DNA from: Octopus sinensis | Taxonomy: Eukaryota | Assembly: GCF_006345805.1 (NCBI RefSeq) | Contig: NC_043015.1 | Location: forward strand, 35,650,001 to 35,714,000 | Reading direction: 5' to 3' | DNA: 64,000 nt | Part shown: piece by piece, positions 39,846 to 54,129 of the stretch | Position numbering within the stretch: position 1 is the stretch's first letter | Layout of the letters: each line of letters begins with the position of its first letter | The notes under the pieces: generated by a model | What the model was told of the DNA's origin: nothing | Database searches by the model: none | The model's input: the letters and a program-made list of their open reading frames with translations, nothing else | Program-made: the position numbers and the translations under genes

Positions 39846-40160
39846 ATCGATGATGTATTGAAAGATGATTGATATTTGATAAGTCATTGATATCTAATTT
39901 TGTATTTCGGTTCAGCTGTAGTAGTAGTGGTATAGGGCTAGATTTTAGACAAACTGCCAATATCTGCCTTCGGTATTGAGTGGAACCGAAGAAGTAAACA
40001 GAGAGGTTTGGTTAGCAACACGAGTGTCAGAACTCATCCATCAGCGCACCAAAATCGTCTTTCAAAGCTCTCATGCACACATACATAGAAAAAAACATAG
40101 ATATGGACGCATGTACATACACACACACACACACGCACACACACATGCACTCTCTCTCTG

Positions 40161-40227
<67 letters not shown>

Positions 40228-40229
40228 AT

Positions 40230-40262
40230 TGATAGATAGATAGATAGATAGAGAAATAGATG

Positions 40263-40334
<72 letters not shown>

Positions 40335-40370
40335 CATACATACATACATAGATAGATAGATAGATAGAGA
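40230..40370. repeat. (GATA)n microsatellite
   Basis: Directly visible. Confidence 0.95.
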
Positions 40371-41769
40371 AATATGTACAGAGATCAGGTGGTAGGGAGA
40401 AAAGTGGGGAAGAGAAAAGAGAGTGGATGAAATGAATACAAATATGGAGTTTGTAAAAGGGAATATACGTTCAAGATATCAATCAAAACATTACGATCTC
40501 TTACGTGTCCGTGACCAGAGGAGAAAACTTTCAGACAATCAGTTATGTCAACCATGTCATCGCATTCTCTTTGTATAACGAATACTCAGCAACGTTTAAG
40601 TCAAGGTTTGGCTTTAACCTGTCAAAGATATCTCACAGCAAAGTTTACATCATAGTCGTTTGGTCAATGGTTAAACCGGATACGTCAACCATTTTACTGA
40701 GAAACTGGCTGTGAGTGACTCAGAAAAAGAACAAAAAAAACATTCAAAGCATTTGAAAGGATGGAAGAGCCTCTGATGGGAAAGCTGGCTTTCAAGAAAT
40801 AAATGGAGAAGATATATTGACCCTGAGATTAATTTCCTATTTTAATTGGAGCCTCTTTGAGTTCCAGATGCTGGATGGGTGAAAGAAAAAGTATTTAATG
40901 ATTTTGATCAGACTTCTTTTCTTTTGTTCATTTCTCCTCATTCATAGCAAGGTCAACAGCTTCATTAAGCTTAATTTTACACCTGTTCAGACCATCACGA
41001 AAGCTTGAAGTATGTCTTTCATTATTCTCTTCCAACAGGATAATGAGCTACAGGTTGGTATATTTGATTCAAAAGAATATCTCCTGGGTATATTTCATTT
41101 ATTTTTCAAAGCTTCTCCATCCGTCCATCCATCCATCTATCTCTTCGTCCGTCCGTCTGTTCGTCCAACCATTTTTCTCTGCTCTTTATATTTGGGAGTG
41201 TTATGTCGCACGTTCGGATGCCTCTACTATTCAACTGTACGTCTGCTCTCCTACTCTCTGATTTTTTATTAGCCACAAGGGCCCATAATAGAGTGGGACA
41301 AACAAGGACATACAGGACACCACAGAGGGGACAATACATAGAACGAATATGATGAGATGATTATACATATTATGAATGGCTGCATGCGCCCCTCATCATA
41401 TGCATTACCATTAATCTTTTTAAACTGTCTGTTTTTATCTTGTATTTACATAACACTTAATTATCGTCTGCCATTACAATTATTTGAACCGTTATATGTT
41501 CTCTAAAATTCTTCTCTACTACTCTTTGTCGACGTCTAGGCTTCTCCCTCTATATCTACGCATTGGGCTAGCCTACTTCATCGTCTGGAGGCGTCCACAC
41601 AACACTGACATACCTCCGATGTGTATCATTTAACATAAAATTACATGGAAATAATTCGTTGCGTGTGCCATTTAATAGAAAGAAGCTTAATGTCTGTACC
41701 TCTCCCCACTATATCTCTGTGCCCTTTTTGTAGACATCTATACAATCTTTTAGATGATCCAGTCACTGA

Positions 41770-42135
41770 ACTACGGTCATTGGACTGCTCGGGCACCACC
41801 TTGAAGAATTTAGCCAAAAAAATCAATTCCAATGCTTCTGTTTTTAAAAGTCTGCCACTCATCCTGTTACTCCTTTTTGTCAAACGGCTAAGTTACGGGG
41901 AACATAAAGTAACCAAGACCATTGTCAAACGGGGGGAGGGGATGATAAACACAGACATACAAACACACCCACATGCACCCATGCACACACACTCACATAA
42001 ATATTTATGATGTGTTTCCACACAGTTTCCGTCATCAAATTCACTCACACAAATTTGGCTGGTCGCGCAATGGAACTGAATCCGAAACCACATAGTTGCG
42101 AAGCGCGTTTCTTAACCACACAACCTCACCTGTGC
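41770..42135 (-). mobile_element. decayed near full-length SINE family A
   Basis: ggactgctcgggcaccaccttgaagaatttag...ctaagttacgggga...cagtttccgtc..caaattcactcacac...ggaactgaatccgaaaccac. Confidence 0.7.
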
Positions 42136-43519
42136 CTGGGGTTGTTTAAATGTTTAACATCTCTGCGAACCAGTCTGTCTCAGACAAACTACCCCACTCG
42201 TACCAGTAGCCTCACCCCACCGGGGCCCACATATTCCAAAAAGCTGGAGACGGCAATTTAAGTGAGACATGTAATTTATCAAAATGTCTGTGACTTAATC
42301 CGATAAGGAAAAGAAATGTGACAGCTCACGCGTGCGCACACACACACACACACACACGTATACGTGCGTGCACACACACATATGCACACGCATACACACG
42401 CGCACACACATATAAATACTTTCCCATTAACCCTTTCACCCTCTCTCTTCTCAGTCTCTCTCTCTCTCATCTCTATATTTTACAATATTTTTCTCTATGG
42501 TTTCACTTTTTCTGTTTTTGTTAACATTCCACTTTCACACAAAGACAAAACATACAAGATATACAACAGCACACACACACACACACGTTTCCTCTTTCAC
42601 CTTCTCTCCTCTAAACTTTCAATTTTAAAGTATCTTTCTCTTTGTCTTCTCTAATTTTTTGTACTATAATTTTCTGCACTCAGACACACAAATACAATAT
42701 AGAAACGCACGTACAGTCATGTACACCCACGCACAAACGCACGCACACACACACAAACACACACACACAAACACACACACACACACGCTCACATACACAC
42801 CTGCATATACTTTTTACTCTTTTCCTCGTATGAGTCAGGCGCGGTGACCGGCCATGCTGTTAGAACGTCTCAAAGGGCTCTTAGTTACCCGTGTCGATTC
42901 TTCTACATACCATCGGGTTACATCAGGTCTCAACGCAAAGAAAGACTTTCGGCTAAACATACACAAAACCATAATGACATGCACACGTACACATACACGT
43001 GCACATACACACACACCCACGCACATACACACACATATATATATACACATACATACGTGTGTGTGTGTTTGTCTGTGCTTGTAATGTATGTATATATTTT
43101 TGTCCCTCTGCCCCTCGTCTGCAAAGCGTCCGGCTGTCTAATCAACGTCGCAAACCATTTGTTTATCCTGAGATTGTAGCAGAAAAGCTTGCTCAATGTT
43201 TTTTACACAGAGGGACCCAAACCGACACAGCATAATGGTGAACACTTTATTTACTCACATGGATATTTGACAGAATAAGGTGGAAGTTGTTTTAATTACA
43301 CATGGTATATTAAAGGTACGACAATGTTCTAGCATGATCTTTCGTATATCTTATCGTCGTAATTATTTGAGTCATAAATTATTTTAAAATGTGGTATATA
43401 TTCTATCGATGACTAATGTCAAACCGCTGAGTTACGTGGATTTAAAGAAATTAACATAGATTAGGAAGAATTGCAGTGGAAAAACGCATACAATAACACA
43501 CACAAGTTCATATATATGT

Positions 43520-43682
43520 AGGACAGGTTTCCACATACGATCCGTCTTCCAAATGTATTCACAAAATATTAGTCAGCTCGGGGCTATAGTTGAAGAGACC
43601 ACCACACCAGAGATGCCACGCAGAAGGACTAAATCCAAAAGTATGTGGCTGCAAAGCGAGCTTCTCAAGCACGCAGGCATGC
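43520..43682 (-). mobile_element. SINE family A head fragment
   Basis: ggctatagttgaagagac...tgccacgcag..ggactaaatcc matches 1745-1810. Another copy lies at 16660-16800. Confidence 0.6.
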
Positions 43683-44436
43683 TAAGAATTTCGAGACTTC
43701 CTTTTCAGTTTTTTTCTGTCGTGTTGGAAGAATGAAATTTCGTAAATCCACTTGGCCGAAGTTTCGAAACTTTGCATTTATGCTCTTTTAAAATATCCTG
43801 GTGCGATGACACGTGGTCGGCGCACTTGCCGTTAGCTGCAGTCTTCCTATAGGCAAAAATATCAACGTCTCAGGCAAATAGACTTAGGAATACTACTATT
43901 TCAATCCAAATATAACGGTATAATAAATTATTTGAAATATATTTATTAAAGAATGTTAAAACTTAAACGAACTGTTGTTGCCTTTGAGCGGAAATTAATA
44001 CCCGGATGTTTTGCCAGATGCAGAAACTGCAGTAACGAATGGAAGGAAGAACCAGCTCTTCTCTCGTTGGTGACTAAAGCTATCGCAAAGCTGGAAATCT
44101 TTCAGTACCTTCCAGAATTACTTCGGGGTTACAAGCATTTACCACTTAGCATGTTTGATTCGCTAGATTTGGGCAGCGAAGATGGAGTCAGTGATTGTGA
44201 ACAGAGCGGCCTCCATTTGCACTAATGTGGTCTCTTAATGACAACCATCTTGAAATGCGCGAATGCCATGGCTTTCTTCTTTATCGTACAAAGCAGGCAG
44301 CAAGGAACACAAGGATTTCAACGATATTCGATGATTTTTCCCATTTGTTCATAACGAACAGATCAGGTTCTATAGCTGTATGCAAATGTATGTGTATGTA
44401 TGTGCGTAGATATAATTATGTGTTCGTATATGTATG

Positions 44437-44506
<70 letters not shown>

Positions 44507-44676
44507 CATCTATCTATCAATCTATCTATCCATCTATCTATCTATATCTATCTATCTATCTATCTATCTATCCATCTATCTATCAATCTATCTATCCATC
44601 TATCTATCTATATCTATCTATCTATCTATCTATCTATCCATCTATCTATCAATCTATCTATCCATCTATCTATCTA

Positions 44677-44743
<67 letters not shown>

Positions 44744-44745
44744 AT
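44437..44745. repeat. (TCTA)n microsatellite containing a 66-bp higher-order repeat x3
   Basis: The variant pattern tccatc/tcaatc/tccatc/tatatc recurs with period 66. Confidence 0.9.
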
Positions 44746-45087
44746 ATATATATATATATATATGCATGTATGTATATATGTATATCTATCTATCTGTCTG
44801 TATATGCATACTGCTATACACTTATACGAATTCACATATGAGTGTGTATATGTGTATATACAACATATATACACACACGCACACACACATGTTATGCATA
44901 CATATATGTGACTATGCATATCTATATATGTGCGAGTGTATGCATATTTACGTATGCAAACATATCTGCATACATACTTAAAGATAACACACACGCGCAC
45001 AAACAGGTGTATGTATGTGCTTTTAACAAAACACAAACTTATAAAACTATACACGCGTTGTAAAGAAAGACAACTTTAAAAACTTAC

Positions 45088-45103
45088 TTGTATTTTAACA
45101 TTT
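45088..45103 (-). other. candidate 16-nt micro-exon
   Basis: Minus strand tttttttttcag|aaatgttaaaatacaa|gtaagt: consensus acceptor and donor. Confidence 0.4.
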
Positions 45104-45171
45104 CTGAAAAAAAAATCCGAACTAAACAACTACACCCCCCACCACCACCACCACAAACAACAACAACAACA

Positions 45172-45239
<68 letters not shown>

Positions 45240-46528
45240 CACTACTACTACAAAATAATAACTGGAACATAAAAAAATGTTATCATTTGTTACTTATCTG
45301 CAGTGAAACTATTTGTAAATATATATTATAAATGAAAAGATTCCATTTCTAACAAAGAAATAAGTATTTTCGCCATAGACTTCCAACTTGTTTTTCATAT
45401 AATTTCCTTTTCATGTGTCGCATAAAAGTGAAACCGTTTTCTTTTTTGTGTCTTTTCTACTCTTTCTTCTCTTTTCTCAGACGATTTACAATACAATTCT
45501 ATTTAGTTCTACTTATCGATGAGGAGATAAGATTTCCAGAGAGAGAGAGAGAGAGAGAGAAGAGAAATAGGGAGAGAAAGAAGGAGAGGGTGAAAGAAGG
45601 AGAGAGAGAATAAGAGAGGGTGAGAGAAAAAAGGAGCGAGACAACGAGAGAGAGAGAGAGAGAGGGAAATATTTGCAATCTTCCTTCTCTAACATTATCT
45701 GCCTCTTTTAGCCTCTTTCAGTGTAATTCCCAGAATTACTGTTGGAAGTAGAACGGATCGCACAAGATGCTTGGCTTCACTGGGAACAGCAGGCAGAAGA
45801 CCATCGAGCTGGATGTGGAAGCAGCCGTGGTTACCACGAGGTGGACTGTGGATGAGGAGCCCCACCCTTCGATGTGATAGTGCTAATGCTGGTAGTACTA
45901 GCTGGACGTAAGATGGGATTTGATCTACCTTGGATGGGCGACCTGGTCTTTGTTGTGAATATTCCAGGTGTCCATGTGCATCACTGTCCGAATACATCGT
46001 AATTTATTTCAGCCTAAGTACTAGAAAAATTCTGGTAGTGTCTATAGGCAGCTAAGAGATCAAACATAGAAATTTCCCAGAACACTGGATTAAACGTTTG
46101 ACCAATTGTAGATGTAACAACAGAATATATCCCAGACGCAACAAAAGACCTGAAGCCCCTGGATGGCATAATGACCAAAACAATTAAATCTGAGCTTAGT
46201 ATACAACGAGGACAGACAAAGAGCTTGCACATGTAATTACTATCATAAGATGTAGATAGGATAGCTCTAGAAAAACTTGAGGTTATTGGTTCTTAAATGC
46301 CCATTATCAACATACTACTCATGGCTTTCTGGTTACCTCAGCATTTACCGCTGGTTCGTATTGCGCAACAAAGCTGAGAGTCAACAGTATTGCTAAAACC
46401 ACACATGATAATCTATTATGTCTGATTTCGCTTCTTTAGGGCGTTTTTCTGTTTTGGAAACAAGGCGTGCGACACCATAAAACCTACATCGGCCAGCAGA
46501 GGAGATATAACTTGACATATCACCCAGG

Positions 46529-46572
<44 letters not shown>

Positions 46573-46611
46573 CGATGATGGTGATGATGATTATGATGAT
46601 GATGATGATGA

Positions 46612-46830
46612 TGGACCTAGAGAGAGAGTTGAACAGATTGTGGGAGACTAAGGCAGCAATTATTTCTGTGGTAACTGGTGCACTTGGCACAACATCCAAA
46701 TCGCTGCTTAAGAGGCTGAAAGAAATTGAAACTGAGACTTGGAAAAAACTGGAGTCTTGTATTGTGTTTGAATCCTGAGAAAAGAGTTCTTGAGACTTGA
46801 GGTGAATAATTGTCACTAAACCTCAAGAAT
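46612..46830 (+). mobile_element. R4/Dong-type (RLE) LINE 3' fragment
   Basis: DLERELNRLWETKAAIISVVTGALGT matches the RLE-LINE C-terminus (DL..E..RLW...VPVVIGALG). Confidence 0.75.
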
Positions 46831-47039
46831 CAATTCCTACCAATTAAATTAGCTGGTACTAGCTTAATTTATAGTATTCACAACAACAAGAAAAACAAAA
46901 ACATCAGGTGAACAATTTGCTGGACATCTAAAAAGCGTAGACTTAGTAATTGGTTCAGCACGAGTTGAAATACTTTGTATGGATGTAAATATTGAAGTAG
47001 ATAAGATGAATGTAGAAAATGGGGGAAGAAAGAGTTTGC

Positions 47040-48448
47040 AGTGAGTTCATATGAAGAAAATACAGACTACCAAGATTCTGATAATGTAGGAAAAGATGTG
47101 GAAGGGGTGGGAAATCAAGTGATTGATGATGTTCACATTGAAAAGTCGAATGGAAATAAAGAAGGAGCAAGATTGAATATCGAATGGCTGAGCGATCTAT
47201 TTTATGATCTTGGATTCAATAATAACTCCCTGAATCTTCGTAATATGGAGAGAAGTTGTGTAGCCAGTGAAACAGCGACAGTAGACAATGCTAAGAAGTT
47301 TACAGAAGCTAATGTCTTCAGGTATTTAGAAAGTTAATTAGTGCTGCAGGTATTCTCGTTGGTCTATGATTAAGTGTCATGCAAATAGAGAGAAAGAAGT
47401 GTAAGAAGAGAAAATTAGAAGGTGACACAACTCAATTCAGAAAAAGTGCAGGTAAAATAGATGTAAGGCATAGAGGGAAAATGGAAAAGAGCCAAAGTAA
47501 GAGAGCGACAATGTATGGATATGGAGTATAAGGTAATCTTGAATGGTTTAAATATTGTGATAAAAAAAAGGGAAACAGCGAATCAAGACAAAATGAAATC
47601 GGGTTAGGCCCTCTTCAAGTGTACAAACATAATAAGAATAAAACAGTTCTCTGCAAACTAGAAGATATTCTGTACAACACTGAAAGATGAAAATGGTTGC
47701 ACTGAATGTTTAAAAGAATTTTGATCAAATTTACGGAGTGTTACAAAATAGCATAATGGAGATTCGAGGTGGAAAATGAAGTTGAGAATAAGTTATATAA
47801 TGCATCAAAACTGAGGAGGGACAGAATTTCAAACGAAGACGTCCAAGAGTTAGTTAGGAAAATGTCAAACTGAAAATCTCATGGGCCAGATAGTTTCCAA
47901 CGATTCTGAGTAAAAACATTTAAAGGTGTTCATCTAAGGTTAGCAAATTACTTAAATTAGTATGTAGTAGAAAGGGCAGTTCCAAGTTGAATGGTTGAAG
48001 GGAAAGCAACTTTGATAATGAAGGATAACATGAAAGGCCCGTTAGTTGGAAGGATGAAAGGCAAAGTCGACTTCGGCGGATTTGAACTCAGAACGTAACG
48101 GCAGACGAAATACAGCTACGCATTTCGCCCGGCGTGCTAACGTTTCTGCCAGCTCGACGCGTTTACGAAATATCTATTTCTTTACTACCCGCAAGGGGCT
48201 AAGCACAGAGAGGACAAACAAGGACAGACAAACGGATTAAATCGATTATAATGACCCCAGTGCGTAACTGGTACTTATTTAATCGACCCCGAAAGGATGA
48301 AAGGCAACGTCGACCTCGGTGGAATTTGAACTCAGGACGTAGCGGCTGACGAAATACCGCTAAGCATTTCGCTCGGCGTGCTAACGTTTCTGCCAGCTCG
48401 TCGCCTTTAAACAGTCATAACAATAATAATAATAACAACAACAACAGC

Positions 48449-48501
<53 letters not shown>

Positions 48502-49375
48502 AAACAAAATTTGGACTCTCAAAATGTGCTACGATGGTGATGAGACGAGGAAAGCTTTTCAGAACAGAAGGCATATGGTTGCCAAGTAGTGAAAGGATGA
48601 AAGGAACACTGAAAACAGAGACCGAGAGCACTATACTGTCAGCGCAAGACCAAGCTTTGGCCACGAACTGGAGGGTGAACCTTAGGAATGAGAGAGTGTC
48701 TCCTCTGTGCCGCATCTGTAATAGAGTGGATGAAACTATTGCCCATATCATGAACGAATGCCCCAGACTTGCCCAAAACCACCGCAAGTTGTGGCGAGAA
48801 GATCAGGTAGCGAAAGCGCTATACTGGAAACTGCGAAAAGAGAGGGTTAGAGAGAGGCAAGACTTGGTATGAGAACAAATCGCAGAGAGTGGCGAAGCTG
48901 GAGGCTAGCAAAATCGACTGGGATTTCTCAATTCAAACAAAGCAGGTGCTAGACCATAATAGACCTGGATCTAGTGATGGTCGACAAGATGCACCACATA
49001 TGCTATATAGTTAATGCTGCTTGTCCCTTTGACCCGCGGATTTGTGAAGAAGAAAGGCGAAAAGATATCTAGATACAACCTTCTTAAGTACGAAATAGCC
49101 CGGCTATGAAAAATGAAGAAGGTGAAGATAGTGCCAATTATTGCTGGGTTCTTGAGAACAGTATCAGAATGCATCAAAAGGAATAGAAAAGAAATTGGAA
49201 TAGAGAGCCCAGCAGAACTGTTACAAAAGGTTTGCTTCCTTGGTACGACCAGAATAATCAGGAAAGTATTAGCAGAAAAAATGGATAGCATGGTACCGTA
49301 GGCTGCAGGTAGTTAGCCTGCTACGCATGTATGACTCTAGGAGCTGCAACAAAACCTGTGATAAAGAGAAATAGC

Positions 49376-49428
<53 letters not shown>
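47040..49428 (+). mobile_element. degraded R4/Dong-clade non-LTR retrotransposon with (TAA)n tail, interrupted by SINEs
   Basis: KMSN*KSHGPD...VPS*MVEGKATLIMKD (RT start); KFGLSKCA; ETESTILSAQDQAL; CRICNRVDETIAHIMNECP (CCHC); WDFSIQT..LDHNRP; LQKVCFLGTTRIIRKVL; ends in (TAA)n at 49376-49428. Confidence 0.9.
48049..48406 (-). mobile_element. two tandem copies of tRNA-derived SINE family B (full 48173-48406, partial 48049-48160)
   Basis: Minus strand ggcgacgagctggcagaaacgttagcacgccg...gagttcaaattcc...gcctttcatcctttcggggtcgat...aagtaccag. Confidence 0.92.
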
Positions 49429-49429
<1 letters not shown>

Positions 49430-50449
49430 GTAAATAAGGGAGTCATGAAATCTGCAGATTACAAAACTAAGCCGAGCATCATCAGTTCCATCGATTATTA
49501 TCCGCATTAGGTATTAGGAAAACATGCAAAAGACCGCCCCCTTCTCATTCCTTCGCTTCCTTCTTCTTTTTCTATTCCTTCTTCTCCTCCTCCTCCTTGT
49601 CGCTTCTTCATTCTAATTTCGTTCCAACAAGAAAAATAACTGTAATAAAATATTGCGACTTTTACCTATATAGGAAAGAAATATAATTAGATTTTTGTCA
49701 TATCTTCCAAACACCTTCGCAAGCCAATACTTTGTCACGTTTGTGTGGAGGTGATTTATGAGTCTTGTGTGTGTGTGTATACAGACACACTCACATATAT
49801 GTATGTATGTATATATAAACACACACATACATATATACATGTATGTGTGTGCGTTTGTGTGTGTGTGTGTGTGTATTTACGAATGAAAGAAAGCAATAAA
49901 AATAAAATGAAAGTACCGTCCCGAACAACAACAACAACGACAGCGATGATTACTGCAACAACAACAGCAGCAGCAGCGCTAACAACAATTGCAATCCTAA
50001 AATCACCTGCAACAACAATTTTGTCCACAGCAAGGTCAGTAAGAAAAGTCATAAAAATAATTTCCTGAACGTGTATGGCGTAAGTAAATTCCAGAACGAA
50101 CACTTCAAAATTAGAACCATCTTCAGAAAGCAGAGACGAATAAAATGGACCTGAGTTTGAGGAGAAAGATCAGTGAGTTTCAGGGCTCATTGGGTAGATT
50201 ACTCGGATTGGTGGCAGGTTGACTCATGAATGAACCGGATTGATGTAAAATGAATTGTTTTGCACAAGAATACAACACAACACTAGCTCCGGGGATCGAA
50301 ACCAAGTTCTAGTGATCGGATGGATACCATCCTGAACACTATATCAGTGGTTCCCAACAGCGTTACCCAACCCTTTTATTTAAATGTGTTTTCCCACGGG
50401 CCCCTTTTACTATACTAATCCCTAAATATATATATATATATACACACTT

Positions 50450-51047
50450 GTGGAACAGAACCGTTTCACGGCCAACACCATAGTGCTATTTGCGCCACTG
50501 CCCTCCTTTAATTGGGCAGGTAAGGCAGTTTTTCTTTGCCTGATAGCTGTGGTGAAAGAGGATGTCTGGTGGTGGAGGATGAAAGGCATGAGGACAGAGA
50601 CACTCCTCTTCGGTAGAGCCCTTATCGACATTTTTTGTAAAGGAAAGTATGGACGAAGTGGGAGGTGCCATCCTCGAGTGAATTTATGGAAAAGGAGTGA
50701 AAGTTGTGAAATGTGCAAAAGTGAATTGTACGCTCTTTATAGATCTGTGAGTCGGAGAAAAGAAATTCGAGAAGGCACTTGCCTTTGGTGTACAGGGAGA
50801 TCTTGGAGAGTGATGACCCTTGATTATCCCTAGAGGTCTTCCTAATACAGGAGGACCGCATCACTATCATCCATCTTCTTTCCTCTCGCTGTTGTATACC
50901 ATATGTTTCTTTTCTTTTTTATTGTATGCCGTATATATTTTCCTCTCTCCTTTGACTTAATAATTTCCTTTTATGTAAACACCTACATTTTAAGTCTGTC
51001 TCTGTTTTGTCTTCCTCATCCTTCGCCCTTGCAATAAATAAAAAAAT
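50450..51047 (+). mobile_element. Tx1/L1-clade LINE 3' end with polyadenylation signal and A tail
   Basis: PSFNWAGKAVFLCLIAVVKEDVWWWRMKG resembles the Tx1 ORF2 C-terminal AK..IW..R motif; pyrimidine-rich 3' UTR ending aataaataaaaaaa. Confidence 0.7.
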
Positions 51048-51053
51048 CATCAA

Positions 51054-51092
<39 letters not shown>

Positions 51093-52027
51093 AACAACAA
51101 TATTTTTATCATCATAATCAGCATAATTTAGCTTTAAAATTTCTTTGTGTTTCGCCTTGAAATGCGACCAAGGTCAAGCTGGATTTTTGTCACCAAAACA
51201 AAACAAACATCAGCGACACCAACAACATCAAAACCACAACCGATGCACGACGAGTACAAGCAGCACAGCACCACCATTGCCACAACACCATAAACCAAAA
51301 TAATCTCAGTCATATTAACCCCAATACAAACATCATCAACAGCAATATTGTCACTGATGCCAACAAGATGATGAACGCATCACCAACAAAAGAACGGAAA
51401 AACACCACGACAAAAACATACACGAAAAACACAACCAACAGCACCAACAACATCAGCAACATCACCACAACGAACAATAACAAAAACATAACGTACATCA
51501 CTATAAACAACAAATACGAACAGAAACAGCAAAGATAAAAGTTTACGGAAATGGCCGCGAGAAAAACAGACGGCAAACAAAAATGTACAACATCCACAGA
51601 CATGTATACATGTATGCCTGTGGGTATATATGCTTAAGCACAACTAACTACCTACCTGCTTATAAAGATATATACATACATACAGATGTATATATATATA
51701 TATATATTATCTATATATATATATATATAGGGAAAATGCCATATTAAACATCCCTCCATACGTAAGCAGATATGTATGTATGTAGTATGTATGTATGTAT
51801 GTATGTATATATGTAGGTATATACACATATATATTGTGTGTATATAATATGTATATGTGTGTATGCATATATATATATTTATATATTTTGATGTGCACGT
51901 ACGAGTATATATATTTATATATAGATATTTCTATCTATATATACATATACATACATACATATATATATGTATACGTATATATGTATATATATATGTGCAT
52001 ATACATATATATATGTATATTTAAATG

Positions 52028-52091
<64 letters not shown>

Positions 52092-52126
52092 ATATATGCA
52101 TATATATATATGTATATATCTATATA

Positions 52127-52169
<43 letters not shown>

Positions 52170-52171
<2 letters not shown>

Positions 52172-52472
52172 AGGCGGAATGGCCCAGTGGTTAGCAGACT
52201 CATGGTTGTAGGTTTGCGGTTTCGATTCCCAGACCGGGTGTTGTGAGTGTTTATTGAGCGAAAACACCTAAAGCTCCACGAGGCTCCGGCAGGGTGGTGG
52301 TGGCGATCCCTGCCGTACTCTTTCGCCACAACTTTCTCTCAGTCTTTCTTCTGTTGGCCTGCTCATTTAGCCAGTGGGTGGCGTCATTTGAAGGCTAAAA
52401 AACAATGCGAAGCGCATTGTGACCAGCGATGTGTAGCAACATCTGATAGCTTGATTAGTCACGGTGATCACG

Positions 52473-52478
<6 letters not shown>
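52170..52478 (+). mobile_element. full-length SINE family C inserted in (TA)n
   Basis: ggaggcggaatggcccagtggttag...ggtttcgattcccagaccggg head; ends with tcacggtga repeats; flanked by TA tracts. Confidence 0.9.
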
Positions 52479-52528
<50 letters not shown>

Positions 52529-52959
52529 ATATACATAAATATATATATATATATATTCGTGTATGCATGTACATACATGTAATAATTACATCTACAGTTA
52601 TACAAATACACATAATAAATATTTATATATCTTAGAAAATGCAGATTCTGCAAAGAGCAAAAAATAATCCTCTGAAACGCATGTATAAGAATATACATGC
52701 GTGTGTGTGCACGTACATGTTTGTGCGTGTGTGCGCGTGCGTGCATGTGCTTGTGTGTGTGTGGAAGTATATTTGATTTGAATGAAAAATGGTGAGGAAT
52801 GTATGGAGAGGTAGTTTCGGTTAAGACGAGTTCTGTAGAGGCTAAGGTTGGTTAAAAGACGAAAACGGCGCCATAGAAATATGTGAAGATAATGAAGATG
52901 AATGAAGGAGGTGTATACATTCATAGATATATAAGCAAACATATATATAGATATGTGTA

Positions 52960-52991
<32 letters not shown>

Positions 52992-53024
52992 AACATATAG
53001 ATATATCTCTTTCTATATATATAG

Positions 53025-53072
<48 letters not shown>

Positions 53073-53401
53073 TATATATATCTATATATATAGAGAGATA
53101 TATATATATGGATAAATAGATATATGTATATATATGTATATATATATGTGTTCGTATGCATTCGATCCTTCTTCCAGGAAATCTACGCTCCCAGCTTAGT
53201 TTTTCTAATGCTCGTTGCTTAGTTTTTCTTGGAGGGCTGGCCGTGATCTAGTAATCTCAAGATTAATCAGCCGAAATTACTACGATGATCCGGTTCTTGA
53301 CTGAAGACTGAGGGTTTCGAATGTCCTGTCCGTGTTTATTGTATCGTCTTCTAAGAGTTATACGTTCTTGTCCATGTTGTATTTTTCTACATACCTTTAC
53401 A

Positions 53402-53509
<108 letters not shown>

Positions 53510-54035
53510 TGTATATATATATGTGTGTGTATGCATCTATGTATTATAAGTGAGTATGTTTGTACACATACACACGAGGCATGTGTGAATAAATGATAGG
53601 ATTTTCTCTTTTAATGGGGGAATAATTTAATATAGTACAACGAAAGATTTATAGCGTAATAGTGACGTTAGCTTAGATGGTGGTATTAATGGCGGCAATG
53701 CTAGCAGTAAGGATTTGGTTAAAATAGTGATGGTAACTACTACTGATGTAGTGGCGGTAAAAGTGATGTTCTCCTCCACGCACTCTCTAGCTGGCTAGCT
53801 CGATAGCTAGATAGCTAGATTGCTAGATAGTTAGCTTGCAATTTATCGGTATGAATGTTTTATAGACTTATATGTGCATAAATATATTCATATATAATTA
53901 TTCATTTATGCGTATCTCTGTATGCATGTATGTATCTATGCATATGTATGTGTGTATGTATGTATGTATGTATGTATGTATGCATGTATGTATCTATGCA
54001 TATGTATGTGTGTATGTATATATATATATATATAG

Positions 54036-54101
<66 letters not shown>

Positions 54102-54129
54102 TATATATATGTGTGTGTATATATATACA

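Noticed and set aside
40505-40620. Minus-strand segment flanked by acceptor- and donor-like sites
   Set aside because: Stops occur in all three frames; it could only be non-coding and has no other support.
43953-44225. 90-aa non-repetitive ORF
   Set aside because: No recognisable domain or splice context; cannot be supported.
48173-48406. tRNA-like heads (also 1760-1849, 52170-52240) as tRNA genes
   Set aside because: They lack a proper cloverleaf and continue into multi-copy SINE bodies.
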